Numbered from the stretch's first letter, positions 39,098 to 50,314 are shown. The stretch is 64,000 nucleotides of DNA from an uncultured candidatus Porisulfidus sp. (GCA_965116025.1 OZ220480.1:398415-462414); one strand, 5' to 3'. Made by a program: numbers and translations. Notes: generated from the letters alone by a model not told the origin.

Positions 39098-39463
39098 TTA
39101 CGGAGAGAACGACGACCCGCAACCGCACGTCGTGGTGGCGTTGGGATTGCGAATCACGAACTGCGCGCCTTCCAGCCCCTCGGTGTAGTCGATCTCGGCT
39201 CCCATCAGATACTGGAAGCTCATCGGGTCAATCAACAGGGTGACCCCCTCTTTCTCAACCCGGGTGTCTCCATCCTGCGTTTCCTCATCGAACGTGAACC
39301 CATACTGAAACCCGGAGCAGCCACCCCCGCTGACGAAAACGCGCAGTTTGAGCGCGTCGTTTTTTTCTTCCTCAATCAATTGTTTCACTTTCCGGGCGGC
39401 GGAATCGGTAAAGATCAAGGGCGCCGTCGAATCCGTCTCGACTGAGAGCATCGTTTCGGCCAT
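39098..39463 (-). CDS. erpA: iron-sulfur cluster insertion protein ErpA (HesB/IscA family)
   Basis: It has the ...[14 protein letters not shown]... and C-terminal CGCGSSF cysteine motifs. The start is taken at the internal Met 39463. Confidence 0.8.
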   Translation of the reverse strand: MAETMLSVETDSTAPLIFTDSAARKVKQLIEEEKNDALKLRVFVSGGGCSGFQYGFTFDEETQDGDTRVEKEGVTLLIDPMSFQYLMGAEIDYTEGLEGAQFVIRNPNATTTCGCGSSFSP

Positions 39464-39933
39464 TATCGGTCCTCGGGGTTCTTTCGTCCAGAGAGAACAA
39501 TATAGCACACGGGCCAAGGTTCACGCGACTCGGACCGCGCTCCACGAACCATCTCTTCGTGAGATATTCGTCTGTAAGCCAGAAACCGGGATCACCGCGC
39601 GCCAGCGGGCATTCTCGCTATGGCGTCCAGGCTCTCGACAGTTTGGAAGCGCCGCGGTCTCAATACGCTCAAGCATCGAAAAATCTGGCAACGGAAACTT
39701 CCCGTCCAGCTCCACGAAATAATGGAAAATCGCTCCCATCCAGCTCCCGCGAGATCCGAAAGGCGGTATCGCTTCAGGCCCCCTCCGCGCGACCGTGCGG
39801 CGAAAAGATCATAGCAACCCACGACGACACTGGGATAATGTCTTTGGTAAAGAATCAGACGATATCCCGGTGCCCGCTTTCTACACCAACGAAAGCCTCC
39901 AGCGCGGCCAAGCCGCTGACGAAAGATGGAATC

Positions 39934-40962
39934 TCACGCTGGCAACGCGATCTGCGACAGCCCGGTCCGCTCTGGAAGATCAAACATCAGGTTCATGTTC
40001 TGGATCGCCTGCCCCGCCGCGCCCTTGACCAGATTGTCGATCACGGAAACGATCACCATCGGCTCGCCATCGCCAGGATGCAAGGCGATCCGGCAGACGT
40101 TCGATCCACGCGCGTTCTTGGTCTGCGGCAGACTCTCCGGCGGCATCACGTCGACGAATGGCTCTTCCGCGTAACGCCGCTCATACAGCGTCCGCGTCAC
40201 TTCCCCAGACAGATCGGTCCATGCGTACAAAGTCGCCAAGATGCCTCGGACCATCGGAGCCACGTGGGGCGTGAACGTCAATCGCGCTGATTGACCAGAG
40301 ATCTGCTCGAGAACTTGGGAGATTTCTGGGCCATGCCGGTGCTGATGGATTCCGTACGCCCGGAAGTTCTCCATCGCCTCGCTCATCAGCAGGGGCGTGC
40401 TAGCCTGGCGGCCAGCCCCGCTGATGCCGGATTTCGCGTCCGCGATCAATCGCTCGAAGTCCGCCGCGCCGGATTCCAGCAATGGCAAGAACCCTAAGAT
40501 CACGGCCGTCGGATAGCAACCTGGATTCGCCACCAGCCGCGCCTGGCGCACCCGCTCCCGGTTTAGCTCCGGTAGCCCATACACGGCTTCCCCCAGCAAA
40601 TCTGGGCAAGCGTGAGGCATTTGATAGACCGACTCCCAAACTTGCGGGTCTCGTAGACGAAAATCGGCCGCGAGATCAATCACCCGACGCCCTCGCTCCA
40701 GAAGCCTCGGGGCCTGCCGCATCGCGGTTCCGTTGGGCGTCGCGAAGAACGCGACCGCGCACTCCGTCTCATACAGTCGGCGGTGCGGCACATAGGAAAG
40801 ATCCACCCGTCCGCGCAAATGCGGATGCGCGTCCGCGACAGGCCTTCCCGCCTCGGAATCCGAGCTGACCGCCACCACCTCGACATCCGGGTGGTCGGTA
40901 AGCAGGCGGAGCAACTCCACGCCGGTATAGCCGGTCGCCCCCACGATGCCCGCTTTAATCAT
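39934..40962 (-). CDS. argC: N-acetyl-gamma-glutamyl-phosphate reductase
   Basis: It reads [21 protein letters not shown]... with an NAD-binding N terminus, and has the active-site Cys region ([11 protein letters not shown]). Confidence 0.85.
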   Translation of the reverse strand: MIKAGIVGATGYTGVELLRLLTDHPDVEVVAVSSDSEAGRPVADAHPHLRGRVDLSYVPHRRLYETECAVAFFATPNGTAMRQAPRLLERGRRVIDLAADFRLRDPQVWESVYQMPHACPDLLGEAVYGLPELNRERVRQARLVANPGCYPTAVILGFLPLLESGAADFERLIADAKSGISGAGRQASTPLLMSEAMENFRAYGIHQHRHGPEISQVLEQISGQSARLTFTPHVAPMVRGILATLYAWTDLSGEVTRTLYERRYAEEPFVDVMPPESLPQTKNARGSNVCRIALHPGDGEPMVIVSVIDNLVKGAAGQAIQNMNLMFDLPERTGLSQIALPA

Positions 40963-41026
40963 CCGTTGACCCGATACAATGCAGGCGTTCATCTTATCCG
41001 ATTGGCCGCCGCTCAATACCGGGAAA

Positions 41027-41470
41027 ATGCTCTGGCTCAAGGCGTTGCACCTGATTTTCATGGTGACCTGGTTCGCCGGGCTGTTCTATCTGCCGCGCCT
41101 GTTCGTGTACCACGCGATGAGCGACGACGAGACCAGCCTCCAGCGCTTCCACGTCATGGAACGGAAACTGCTTTGGGGGATCGCCACCCCGGGCGGAGCG
41201 CTGACTCTGTTGTTCGGATTCTGGTTGCTCGCCGACTATCGGCCCGACCTGCTTTCCGCGGGATGGATGCAGTGGAAATTGATCTTGGTCGGGGCGCTGG
41301 TCGGATATCACGCGTGGTGCGTCCTCCTGCAACGAAGATTCGCGCGAGGAGAAAACCGGCATGGACATATCTGGTATCGCTGGTTCAACGAGGCTCCGGT
41401 CCTCATTCTGATCGCGACCGTGATCTTGGCCGTGCTGCGCCCGCAAGCGGGTTTCGACTTCTTTACCTGA
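41027..41470 (+). CDS. hemJ: protoporphyrinogen IX oxidase HemJ (UPF0093/CopD-like)
   Basis: It starts [30 protein letters not shown]. It is divergent from argC, as in Pseudomonas. Confidence 0.8.
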   Translation: MLWLKALHLIFMVTWFAGLFYLPRLFVYHAMSDDETSLQRFHVMERKLLWGIATPGGALTLLFGFWLLADYRPDLLSAGWMQWKLILVGALVGYHAWCVLLQRRFARGENRHGHIWYRWFNEAPVLILIATVILAVLRPQAGFDFFT

Positions 41471-41623
41471 TATGCCCGATTGTTACAATAACGGCTGGGC
41501 GACTGGCGACCCCTCTTCTGGCCAGAACTCCCTCATGCCTCCGCGCCATTCCGCGCATCGCGAAAGAGAAATCTTAGACAAGCCGAAACGATCAACCCGA
41601 TAATTCAATCCGAGCCGAAGCAA

Positions 41624-42454
41624 GTGAGTCCCGTTCAAATTCCACCGTTGAAGATACAGGGAATCAAGACTAGAGCGATACCGTTTATTCGGGATCGTGT
41701 TGATTGGGAAGGTTCTGGCCGTTGGATAGAACCTTTTGTTGGTTCGGCCGTCGTCCCTTTCAACATAAAGCCGGACCGCGCTCTGCTTGGCGACGCCAAC
41801 CCGCATTTGATCCGCTTTTATAAATCCATACAGCGAGAGACCGTCACCAGCGCGACAGTCCGTATTTTCTTAGAACGAGAGGGCGCATATCTCCTACGCG
41901 ACGGACAAGAGCATTATCATCGAGTTCGGGAGCGCTTTAACGACGCGCATGATCCGCACGATTTCCTATTCCTGAATCGCGCCTGTTTCAATGGCATGAT
42001 GCGCTTCAACAAGAAAGGATACTTCAACACTCCCTTCTGCCGGAAGCCAGAGCGCTTTCGGCCCGCCTATGTAACGAAGATCTGCAATCAAGTTCAGAGA
42101 ATCGCGGATGTTATGGCCAATACATCATGGAAGTTCGTTTGCGCTGACTGGTCCGACATTATCAGCGAAGCGCGGGAAGGCGATTTTGTGTATTGCGATC
42201 CGCCATACGCTGGACGCTTCGCGGATTACTTCAACTCCTGGGATGACGGCGACGCATCGCGGCTAGAAGACGCTTTGAAGGCATTGCCATGCCCATTTCT
42301 TTATTCCATGTGGTCAGAAAACAAGTACCGGAAGAATGATCGGCTGCATGAATCGTTTTCCCAGTATCGAATTGAGACGTTCTCTCATTTCTATCATTTG
42401 GGCGCGACCGAGAACTTGCGCAACAGGATAATTGAAGCCTTGGTTTCTGGATGA
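41624..42454 (+). CDS. D12-class (Dam-like) N6-adenine DNA methyltransferase
   Basis: It has motif I PFVGSAVV near the N terminus and motif IV DPPY (YCDPPYAGRF) near the C terminus, the alpha-class order. It is the first gene of a lower-GC block. Confidence 0.8.
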   Translation: MSPVQIPPLKIQGIKTRAIPFIRDRVDWEGSGRWIEPFVGSAVVPFNIKPDRALLGDANPHLIRFYKSIQRETVTSATVRIFLEREGAYLLRDGQEHYHRVRERFNDAHDPHDFLFLNRACFNGMMRFNKKGYFNTPFCRKPERFRPAYVTKICNQVQRIADVMANTSWKFVCADWSDIISEAREGDFVYCDPPYAGRFADYFNSWDDGDASRLEDALKALPCPFLYSMWSENKYRKNDRLHESFSQYRIETFSHFYHLGATENLRNRIIEALVSG

Positions 42455-42708
42455 AAGATTATATTCTGAATGCGCTCGCGCAAATTCAAAACGGCTATTC
42501 TCAATGTGGAATCGCTGATCGTATAGTCTCGTGTTCATCCACTTGGTTTGGACGCGAAAGCATGTCCGAACGCATCAAGTCCTGGTTGAAAGAAAACTCT
42601 AGTGACGCGCGGCGACTTTCATCACGACCCTCACTCAGGTCCAAGAAGGCCATGATGCGAACGCCGATCAAGGAAGCGGATATCTGCCATTTATCTGGGC
42701 AGCCGTAA
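42451..42708 (+). CDS. 85-aa ORF that exactly bridges the MTase stop and the Res-like start
   Basis: Its ATG overlaps the upstream TGA (ATGA), and its TAA overlaps the downstream ATG (TAATG). It has low complexity and no recognisable fold. Confidence 0.35.
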   Translation: MKDYILNALAQIQNGYSQCGIADRIVSCSSTWFGRESMSERIKSWLKENSSDARRLSSRPSLRSKKAMMRTPIKEADICHLSGQP

Positions 42709-45344
42709 TGTACGGTTTGACCCTGTTCCGGGACTTAAAAGAAGCCACCATCTCGTGGCGCGAAAATGGCTACCCTTGCGAGGACCACCCCTACATCAGC
42801 TTCATTCTTTCGCACCAAACCAGAGATGCGCGAGAAACCCTCAAGGAGGACGAGGCCATTGAGTTGAAGTACCTGCGCGAGCCGCAGTTTCTAGCCCTGG
42901 AGATTTATTGGTATGTTCGATTGATCCTGAAAACCCCCAAGATCGTGGATTTGTACAAGCATTTTTACGGGAACGACAAAAGCGAATTCTTCGACGCCAT
43001 CGGACTCCCCTTGTCGCCAGACGCCTTCGACTACGCTACCATTGACCAGGTCATGGAAAAGGTCAAGCATGACCAGGAGTTCGTGAAAAGAAAAAGAGCG
43101 GACGCGCTACATGAATCAATTCGCCTGGAATATCCGAGCTACATTCTGGCCTTGGCTATGGGAGCGGGAAAGACCGTTCTGATCGGAACGATAATCTCGA
43201 CGGAATTCGCTATGTCGATCCGGTATCCTGACAGCGAAATCAAATTCATGAGAAACGCCCTCGTCTTCGCCCCGGGCACGACCATCATCGAAAGCCTGCG
43301 AGAGCTCAGCGACTTGGCATACGAAGAGATATTGCCGCCGGACGCACGGCGAGACTTTCTCGCGAACCTGAAAATCGAATACCCTGGAAAGGGAAAGGAT
43401 ATCCAAATCCAGGCCGGTAGCTCCTACAACTTGATCGTCACCAATACCGAGAAGATCAGCCTGCGGGCCAAAACGAGAAAGAATCGGACGGATTTCGAAC
43501 GCGACCAAGTGCTCGCGAATCTTCGGCTCCAGAAAATCGCGAGCCTGCCAAATCTCGGAGTGTTCTCGGATGAGGCGCACCACACTTTCGGAAACGCTTT
43601 CGAGAAAATCAAGAGAGTTCGAGAAACCATCGATTACATCAATGACCATGGCGCGCCGATCGTGGCGGTCGTGAACACGACCGGGACCCCGTACTACAAA
43701 AAGAAACCGCTAGTAGAAGTGATCGCATGGTATGGACTCGGAGAGGGAATCAAGGACAACATCCTCAAGTCTCTGACGAATGGAATCCACCGGTATGACA
43801 TGAGAAACGAGCCCGAAGAGACCGTGATCAACGATATCGTGCGCGAATTCTTCAAGACCTACGGGGACGTGACTCTTCCCGACGGTGCCAAAGCGAAGAT
43901 CGCCTTTTACTTCAAGACGCAAGAGCATTTGGAAACGTCCAAGAATTTTATCGAGAAGGCGATGACGGAAATCGGGGAAAGCGTCTCCCAAATACTGGTC
44001 AACACGCAGAAATCTGACAGCTGGCAGCTGGACGCCTTCCGGCGCCTCAATGACCCTGGTAGCCTAATGCGGGTGATTCTTCTTATTGGGAAGGGGGTCG
44101 AGGGCTGGAATTGCCCCAGCCTGTTCGCCTGCGCCCTGATCAAGCCGCAAACCAGCAAGACCTATGTGCTGCAGGCTTCCACGCGGTGCTTGCGGCAAGT
44201 ACCCGGAAATTCGCTCCCGGCGAAGATCTTTTTGGATCACCAGAACTCCGGCATCCTCAATCAGCAACTCCGGGACAGTTTCTCCACTGACCTGACAGAC
44301 CTTATGCTTGGAGCGAGCCAGAAGAAACACGTCGTCTTGCGCATCAGGAAGCCCGATCTACCAAAACTAGAAATCACCAGGAAAGTCAGAAAAGCCGTAA
44401 GAACACGCGAATCAAGCGCGCCCATCCATCTGGCGAGACCGAAATCCAAAGCTCCTCCCACGGTGCTTCGAAACATATTGACCCCCGCGTTCAGCAGCTC
44501 GTTCGATTTGCTCATGCCCACCGGCGAGACGAAAAAACTTGTCGTGGCGGAAAAATCCACGGATCGCTACACCGTCGCCAGAAGAATCGCTTCCAGATAC
44601 CATCTCCCCCTTCTGCAAGTCCTGCAAAGCTTGAGAAAACTCTATCCCAAGGGAACGATTCCGAATGGTCACCTGTATGGACTGCATAAGCAGGCCGAGC
44701 GGCAACAAGCGAACTATGAAATCGTTGAGGAGGATGTGACCGAGGTGATGGCGCTGATCCGGATTCAGGACGAGAACGGCAACAATTTATTCGAGACGGA
44801 AGCGGACGACGATGGCGGTAGCGTTTACGTTCACCGGCTACGCATGTTGCGGCGCACTTATGAAAGAATGGAGCAGCTCGACCTTTTTCAGGATGCGGCG
44901 ACATGCGCGGATCGTCACGACCTGAGCTATCACTACGTCCCGTACAATTTCGATAGCGGGCCGGAAAGCTCTTTGTTCAAGCAGACCCTGTCCGCGCTCA
45001 ACGCCGACCCTCGCGATGTCGAAGCTTTTCTTTTTACCGGGGGCCTGACGAATCCGAGCATGACCGACTTTCACTTTGAGTACATGGGGGAAAACGGGCA
45101 ATACCACCGCTACTTCCCTGATTTCGTGGTGGTCAAAAAGAAAACCCGGGAGTTTTACGTCGTCGAGGTCAAGTCTGAGCGCGATCGCGAAAACCCTACC
45201 GTTGAAGCGAAGAAAAAGGCTGTGGAACGATTGCGGAACATGCAGCCAGAGAAGTTCAAGTATCACATCGTCTACACTGGCGAGGGAGAGGTTCCACCTA
45301 ACGAGATTCAACATATTCTGGACTGGGCAGAATCACGGCGATGA
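42708..45344 (+). CDS. Type III restriction Res-like SF2 helicase with a C-terminal PD-(D/E)xK nuclease (878 aa)
   Basis: It has Walker A LAMGAGKT, DEAH box FSDEAHH, motif III TGTPYY, motif VI QASTRCLR, and a C-terminal YFPDFVVV...EFYVVEVKSE nuclease motif. Confidence 0.75.
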   Translation: MYGLTLFRDLKEATISWRENGYPCEDHPYISFILSHQTRDARETLKEDEAIELKYLREPQFLALEIYWYVRLILKTPKIVDLYKHFYGNDKSEFFDAIGLPLSPDAFDYATIDQVMEKVKHDQEFVKRKRADALHESIRLEYPSYILALAMGAGKTVLIGTIISTEFAMSIRYPDSEIKFMRNALVFAPGTTIIESLRELSDLAYEEILPPDARRDFLANLKIEYPGKGKDIQIQAGSSYNLIVTNTEKISLRAKTRKNRTDFERDQVLANLRLQKIASLPNLGVFSDEAHHTFGNAFEKIKRVRETIDYINDHGAPIVAVVNTTGTPYYKKKPLVEVIAWYGLGEGIKDNILKSLTNGIHRYDMRNEPEETVINDIVREFFKTYGDVTLPDGAKAKIAFYFKTQEHLETSKNFIEKAMTEIGESVSQILVNTQKSDSWQLDAFRRLNDPGSLMRVILLIGKGVEGWNCPSLFACALIKPQTSKTYVLQASTRCLRQVPGNSLPAKIFLDHQNSGILNQQLRDSFSTDLTDLMLGASQKKHVVLRIRKPDLPKLEITRKVRKAVRTRESSAPIHLARPKSKAPPTVLRNILTPAFSSSFDLLMPTGETKKLVVAEKSTDRYTVARRIASRYHLPLLQVLQSLRKLYPKGTIPNGHLYGLHKQAERQQANYEIVEEDVTEVMALIRIQDENGNNLFETEADDDGGSVYVHRLRMLRRTYERMEQLDLFQDAATCADRHDLSYHYVPYNFDSGPESSLFKQTLSALNADPRDVEAFLFTGGLTNPSMTDFHFEYMGENGQYHRYFPDFVVVKKKTREFYVVEVKSERDRENPTVEAKKKAVERLRNMQPEKFKYHIVYTGEGEVPPNEIQHILDWAESRR

Positions 45345-47098
45345 GCGAGAAAGCGATCAAGATACGGCCTATCAAAGGGCGCGCCATGCTTTCCTGGGTC
45401 GGAAAAAAGGTCTTGGATTCCGTTCGGTATTTTCCTCCTCAACTATGCGAAAGCGTCGGAGTGAAGACCCCACCCGCCGAACCTTCTTACAAAGAGTTTG
45501 AGCGTGGGGGATTCAATCTGCTTTTTCACGGAGACAACAAGGAGACGCTATCCTCTCTCATCAACCTTGGATTCCGGGCAAAAGTCGACTTGATCTACAT
45601 CGATCCTCCCTTCGATTCTGGCGCTGACTACGTCAGGAAAATCAAACTGCGTGGCACGAAGCGCGTTTATAGCGGAAAACTTGACGGAGCGGAACACACG
45701 GCGATAGAGCAGGCGCAGTACGAGGACATCTGGGCGAACGACAACTACCTTCAGTTCATGTACGAGCGCTTGATTTTGATGCGAGAGTTGCTGAGCGATC
45801 AAGGAAGCATCTATCTGCATTGCGACGAGCACAAGGGACATCAATTGCGTCTTTTGCTGGACGAGGTTTTTGGAGAGGAAAACTTCAAGCGGGAAATCGT
45901 CTGGGACATAACGGTTCTATCCGGCTTCAAGACAAAGGCCCGCAACTGGATTCGCGGACATGACACGATCCTTTTCTACACGAAAGGCCAGAGCCAGAAA
46001 TGGAATTCCCCCAGGATTCCGCACGATCAGAAATACTTGGCTCGTTTTGACCAGATAGATGAGGATGGCCGAAGGTATTTCGGGGGCAGAGGCCCGCGCC
46101 GATATCTGGATGAAGTCAAATCGAGGGGCAAGGCGGTCGGAGACGTATGGTCGGACATTATGTCCTTTCAGCAACAACCAACTTCCACGGAAAATGGGCA
46201 ATATCCCACGCAAAAGCCAGAGAAGCTGTTAGAGCGAATCATTCAAGCGTCCAGCGACGAGGGATCCATAGTTTTGGATTGCTTCTGCGGCTCCGGGACG
46301 ACGGCCGCCGTGGCGGAAAAACTTAATCGCCGCTGGATCATGGCGGATCTCAACAAGGGCGCCATCCAAACCACCGTCAAAAGACTGCAGAAGGCGCATG
46401 CGGAAAATGAGGGCGGCAAGTTGATTCATTACCGCGTCAACAACTATGACGCCACGAAGCAAAACGCTCTAAAGAAAGTCATTATCGCGAAATACGGCAT
46501 CCAGTCAGATCGCAAGGATCTGTTTTTTGATGGCACGGTGGGCGGGCAACTGGCCAAGATCGTGGAGCTGGACAAGCCATTGACCGTTTTGGATATCCAA
46601 AACATCAAAGAGGAAATTCGGAGCAATAGGCCAGAGGACACTCGGAACGTGGTCGTTTTCTGCAACGGGTCAGAAATAGAAACGCTGGAAGCTCTGGAAA
46701 AAGAGAAAAGCCCAATTAACCGGATCGTCGCTCTCGATATTCAGCGAGACTCGGTGTTCACGAATCAACCCGCGGAAGCGGAAGTTGAGGTACGCAAAGC
46801 CGGGAAGCGCGTCCAAATTGAAATCTCGGACTACATCAGCCCGACCATCCTCGCTCGATTGGACGTTGACCGAACACTGCTTGATGAGCAAATAGACGAT
46901 TTTCGAGCGCAAATCGATTATGTGCTGATCGACACGGATTACCGCGAAGAATATTTCCAAATAATGGAAAGCGATGTGCCACGCGCGAAGAGCGATTTGA
47001 TTAAAGGCGCATATGACCTGCCTCTGCCTCGAGCCAACGCGACCGTGGCCGTGAAAATCGTGGATATGGTCGGAGAGGAAGTCCTAGTCGTGAAATAG
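45341..47098 (+). CDS. Type III Mod-like beta-class N6-adenine DNA methyltransferase (585 aa)
   Basis: Motif IV DPPF (LIYIDPPFDSGADY) precedes motif I FCGSGTT (beta-class order). Its start overlaps the Res stop (ATGA). Confidence 0.75.
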   Translation: MSEKAIKIRPIKGRAMLSWVGKKVLDSVRYFPPQLCESVGVKTPPAEPSYKEFERGGFNLLFHGDNKETLSSLINLGFRAKVDLIYIDPPFDSGADYVRKIKLRGTKRVYSGKLDGAEHTAIEQAQYEDIWANDNYLQFMYERLILMRELLSDQGSIYLHCDEHKGHQLRLLLDEVFGEENFKREIVWDITVLSGFKTKARNWIRGHDTILFYTKGQSQKWNSPRIPHDQKYLARFDQIDEDGRRYFGGRGPRRYLDEVKSRGKAVGDVWSDIMSFQQQPTSTENGQYPTQKPEKLLERIIQASSDEGSIVLDCFCGSGTTAAVAEKLNRRWIMADLNKGAIQTTVKRLQKAHAENEGGKLIHYRVNNYDATKQNALKKVIIAKYGIQSDRKDLFFDGTVGGQLAKIVELDKPLTVLDIQNIKEEIRSNRPEDTRNVVVFCNGSEIETLEALEKEKSPINRIVALDIQRDSVFTNQPAEAEVEVRKAGKRVQIEISDYISPTILARLDVDRTLLDEQIDDFRAQIDYVLIDTDYREEYFQIMESDVPRAKSDLIKGAYDLPLPRANATVAVKIVDMVGEEVLVVK

Positions 47099-47179
47099 CC
47101 CTCGATTTCGGAACCCTCCAAGATCGCGATAAGGCATGAGCCCGCGCGTCCTGCCCCGTCCCATCTCGCGCACGTCCGC

Positions 47180-47869
47180 ATGAACGCGACCGCCTTCTAC
47201 GATTTGGACCACACGCTGATCGGTTGCGACAGCGATTACGAGTGGGGACAGTTTCTGGCGGACTCCGGGGAGATCGATGGAGATGCCTACCGTTCGCGCA
47301 ATCAGGCTTTCTACGACGATTACCTCGGAGGAAGACTGGACTCCCTCGCGTATCTGGAATTCGTCCTGACTCCGCTTGGGCAAATCGATGGGCGACGTCT
47401 GCTGGAGCTTCGCGCGCGATTCATGGAAGAGCGGATCCGGCCAGCTTTGCGACCAAAAGCGGAACGGCTGATCGCGAAGCATCGCGCGCGCGGCTTTCGT
47501 CAGATTGTCGTGACCTCGACCAACGCTTTCATCGCGGAACCGATCACGAGGATATTGGGCATCCCAACCTTGATCGCGCCACGACCCAAACTACAGTCGG
47601 GACGATACACCGGAGAGTTGCTCGACGCGCCGTGCTTCGCCGCCGACAAGCCAAAGCGAATTCGAGCCTGGGCGGAGCGCGCGGGGATCCAGTTGGAGGA
47701 AACCTGGGGGTATTCCGATTCCTTCAACGACATCCCGTTGCTGGAGTTCGTCGATCATCCGGTGGCCGTGGACCCGGACCCATCCCTGCGCGCGCGCGCC
47801 CAGGAGCGGAAGTGGGAAATTATCAGCCTGAGCGAAGCTACTCCGGGGAATACCCGAACGCCTCCTTGA
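47180..47869 (+). CDS. HAD-superfamily subfamily IB hydrolase (phosphoserine-phosphatase-like)
   Basis: It reads FYDLDHTLIGCDSD (DxD motif) ...WGYSDSFNDIPLLEFV (HAD motif IV). Confidence 0.7.
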   Translation: MNATAFYDLDHTLIGCDSDYEWGQFLADSGEIDGDAYRSRNQAFYDDYLGGRLDSLAYLEFVLTPLGQIDGRRLLELRARFMEERIRPALRPKAERLIAKHRARGFRQIVVTSTNAFIAEPITRILGIPTLIAPRPKLQSGRYTGELLDAPCFAADKPKRIRAWAERAGIQLEETWGYSDSFNDIPLLEFVDHPVAVDPDPSLRARAQERKWEIISLSEATPGNTRTPP

Positions 47870-48773
47870 AGCGCTCCCTCATCTCCTCCAGCGACAGGGT
47901 ATGGTTTTGCGCGCCCTGGCGTCGCGCCTTGCAGGCCCCCATCAGGGAACCGACCCGCCCACAAGTTCCCCAATCCATGTCGCTCAGGATGCCGTACAGC
48001 AAACCGGCCCGATAGGCATCGCCGCACCCTGTCGGATCCACGTCCTCTTCCACCGGCACCGCCGGGATCTCGAGAATCGGCTTTCCTTCGCGGTAGATGC
48101 GGGAGCCCTGCTCGGAGTGCGTCACGACGACCGCGTCCAGCCGTTCCGCCAGCTTCTCGATCGTCAATCCGCTTTTCTCCCGCATCATCTCGGCCTCGAA
48201 GCCATTGAACGCGGCCCAAGTCGCCAGTTCCACGAACCGCAGGAGATCCTCTTTCTGGAACATTGGCATCCCTTGGCCGGGGTCGAAAAGAAAGGGCATG
48301 CCCCGATCCGACATCTGCTCGGCGTGCTGGATCATCCCCACGCGGCCCTCTGGAGAGATCAGGCCCAGCCGAACGTCGGCCGGATCCACTTCCTGCTCGT
48401 GGCAGAAATCCATCGCGCCGGGATGGAACAGGGTGATCTGGTTGTCGTCCAGGTCCGTCGAGATGAACGCTTGGGACGTGAACATGCTTTCCAAAGTCTT
48501 CACTCGGCTTCGCGAGACCCCCTTTTGATCCATCCACGTGGCGTAGTCCTGGAAGTCCCGGCCCACCGTCGCCATCGGATAGCCCGTCACGCCCAAGAGA
48601 TTCAGGTTGTAGGCGATATTCCCGGCGCATCCCCCGAATTCGCGACGCATGTGGGCGGCCAAGAACGAGACGTTCAGGTGGTCCGCCGCTTCTGGGAGAA
48701 TGTTCTCCCGGAAGCGACCATCGAACCGCATGATGGTGTCGTAGGCCAGAGAGCCGCAGATCAGGACGGACAT
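47838..48773 (-). CDS. PfkB-family carbohydrate/nucleoside kinase
   Basis: It has an N-terminal GG dipeptide region and the C-terminal DPTGCGDAYRAGLLYG (DTxGAGD) anion-hole motif. The start is taken at Met 48773. Confidence 0.75.
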   Translation of the reverse strand: MSVLICGSLAYDTIMRFDGRFRENILPEAADHLNVSFLAAHMRREFGGCAGNIAYNLNLLGVTGYPMATVGRDFQDYATWMDQKGVSRSRVKTLESMFTSQAFISTDLDDNQITLFHPGAMDFCHEQEVDPADVRLGLISPEGRVGMIQHAEQMSDRGMPFLFDPGQGMPMFQKEDLLRFVELATWAAFNGFEAEMMREKSGLTIEKLAERLDAVVVTHSEQGSRIYREGKPILEIPAVPVEEDVDPTGCGDAYRAGLLYGILSDMDWGTCGRVGSLMGACKARRQGAQNHTLSLEEMRERFKEAFGYSPE

Positions 48774-48858
48774 GGAATGATTAGAATTCCGGCGAAGCCG
48801 GGGCAATTATAGAGAAGCCCGTTCCTCACGGTCTCAGATCCTCGCGATAGCGCGCGGG

Positions 48859-50208
48859 CTATCGACTCCCCGACACGAACCCGCCGGTTCGCTCGATTTT
48901 CCAACTGTAATACCCAAGCGTCGCGCCGCGCGCGACCATGAAGCCGATCAACGCCAGCCACAAGCCGTGATTTTCCAGACTCTCCGCCGTCGCGAACCAA
49001 AGAGACAGATACGCCAGAATCGAGAGGACCATGCTGTCGCGGATCTCTCGAGTTCGCGTGGCGCCGATGAACAGGCCGTCCAGCAGAAAGGGTGGAAGAC
49101 AGAACGCGGGCAACGCGATCAGCCAGGGAAGATACAGAGCCGCCGCGTCCCGAACGTCGGGCAGTGAGGTGAGCCAGCCGATCAGGATCGCCCCGGCTGT
49201 CGCGAAAATCCCGACCAGCAGAACCCCGATCAGCGCGCACCAGAGCGACGCGGCCACGACGACGCGCTCAAGCCGTCGTCGATCTCGCGTTCCGACGGCC
49301 TGGCCGCAAAGCGCCTCCAGACCATGGGCGAAGCCGTCCATGCCATAGGCCGTGATGTAGAAGAAGTTGATGAGCACGGCGTTGGCGGCCAGCGTGACCG
49401 CCCCGAAACTCGCCCCCTGAGCCATGAAGAACGCGAAGGCGAAGAGCAGCAGAACCGTGCGCGCGAACAGATGATGGTTGACCGTGAACAGCTTTTTCCA
49501 TGCTGGCGCGCTCCACAAGTCGCGCCGCGTCATCCGCGGCATCGGCCGGAGCATGCGCCACAGGATCCAAGCGCCCAGGAGCGCGCCGCTGTAGTTCGCC
49601 ACCAGAAAGGCGTACGCCACTCCCCGCGTTCGCAAGTCGAAGTGAAACACCAAGATCACGTCCAGCAGCATATTGACGACGTTGATCCACAGGGCCAAGC
49701 ACAGCGGGGCTTTCGCGTTCCGCATCCCCAGACACCAGCCCCAGATCACCATATTCAGCAACACCGCCGGCATGCTCCAGATACTGATCTCGAAATACAG
49801 TCGAGAGCGCGAGTCGATCTCCTCCTCCAGAGCCAAAAAACCATAGCTGAACTCCTGTATGGGCTCCCTCAGAAGCAGCGCCGTCGCCGAAATTAACGCG
49901 GCGGACAACAAGCCTCGCGACAGCGCCAAGCGAGTCTCGTCGGGATCATGCGATGCCTGCGCGGCCAGCGCGGTCGAGCTCATTCGAAGGAACCCGAATC
50001 CCCAGAACAGCAACTGGATCAGGGACGACCCCACGGCTACCGCGCCCAAATAGTGGGCCGCGTCCAGATGCCCCATCACGAACGTGTCGACCATCCCGAG
50101 CATCGGGGTGGCGAGCCCGGCCAGAGTCATCGGCCCGGCGATTCGCCACAAGCGCGCGTGGTCGTCCCGCGTCGGCAGGCGGGCGCGAAGCGCCGCTGGC
50201 GAGATCAC
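48859..50208 (-). CDS. MATE-family efflux transporter (DinF/NorM-like)
   Basis: 449-aa 12-TM protein with MATE N- and C-lobe duplication. Confidence 0.75.
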   Translation of the reverse strand: MISPAALRARLPTRDDHARLWRIAGPMTLAGLATPMLGMVDTFVMGHLDAAHYLGAVAVGSSLIQLLFWGFGFLRMSSTALAAQASHDPDETRLALSRGLLSAALISATALLLREPIQEFSYGFLALEEEIDSRSRLYFEISIWSMPAVLLNMVIWGWCLGMRNAKAPLCLALWINVVNMLLDVILVFHFDLRTRGVAYAFLVANYSGALLGAWILWRMLRPMPRMTRRDLWSAPAWKKLFTVNHHLFARTVLLLFAFAFFMAQGASFGAVTLAANAVLINFFYITAYGMDGFAHGLEALCGQAVGTRDRRRLERVVVAASLWCALIGVLLVGIFATAGAILIGWLTSLPDVRDAAALYLPWLIALPAFCLPPFLLDGLFIGATRTREIRDSMVLSILAYLSLWFATAESLENHGLWLALIGFMVARGATLGYYSWKIERTGGFVSGSR

Positions 50209-50314
50209 GCCATTCCGCCGTTCCGGCCAGCTCTTCTACAATACGGGGTCATGCTTTTCTGGAACCCCGGCCGGCGCCATTCTGCGAGGCGATGTCCAGA
50301 GAGATTTAGAGCCC

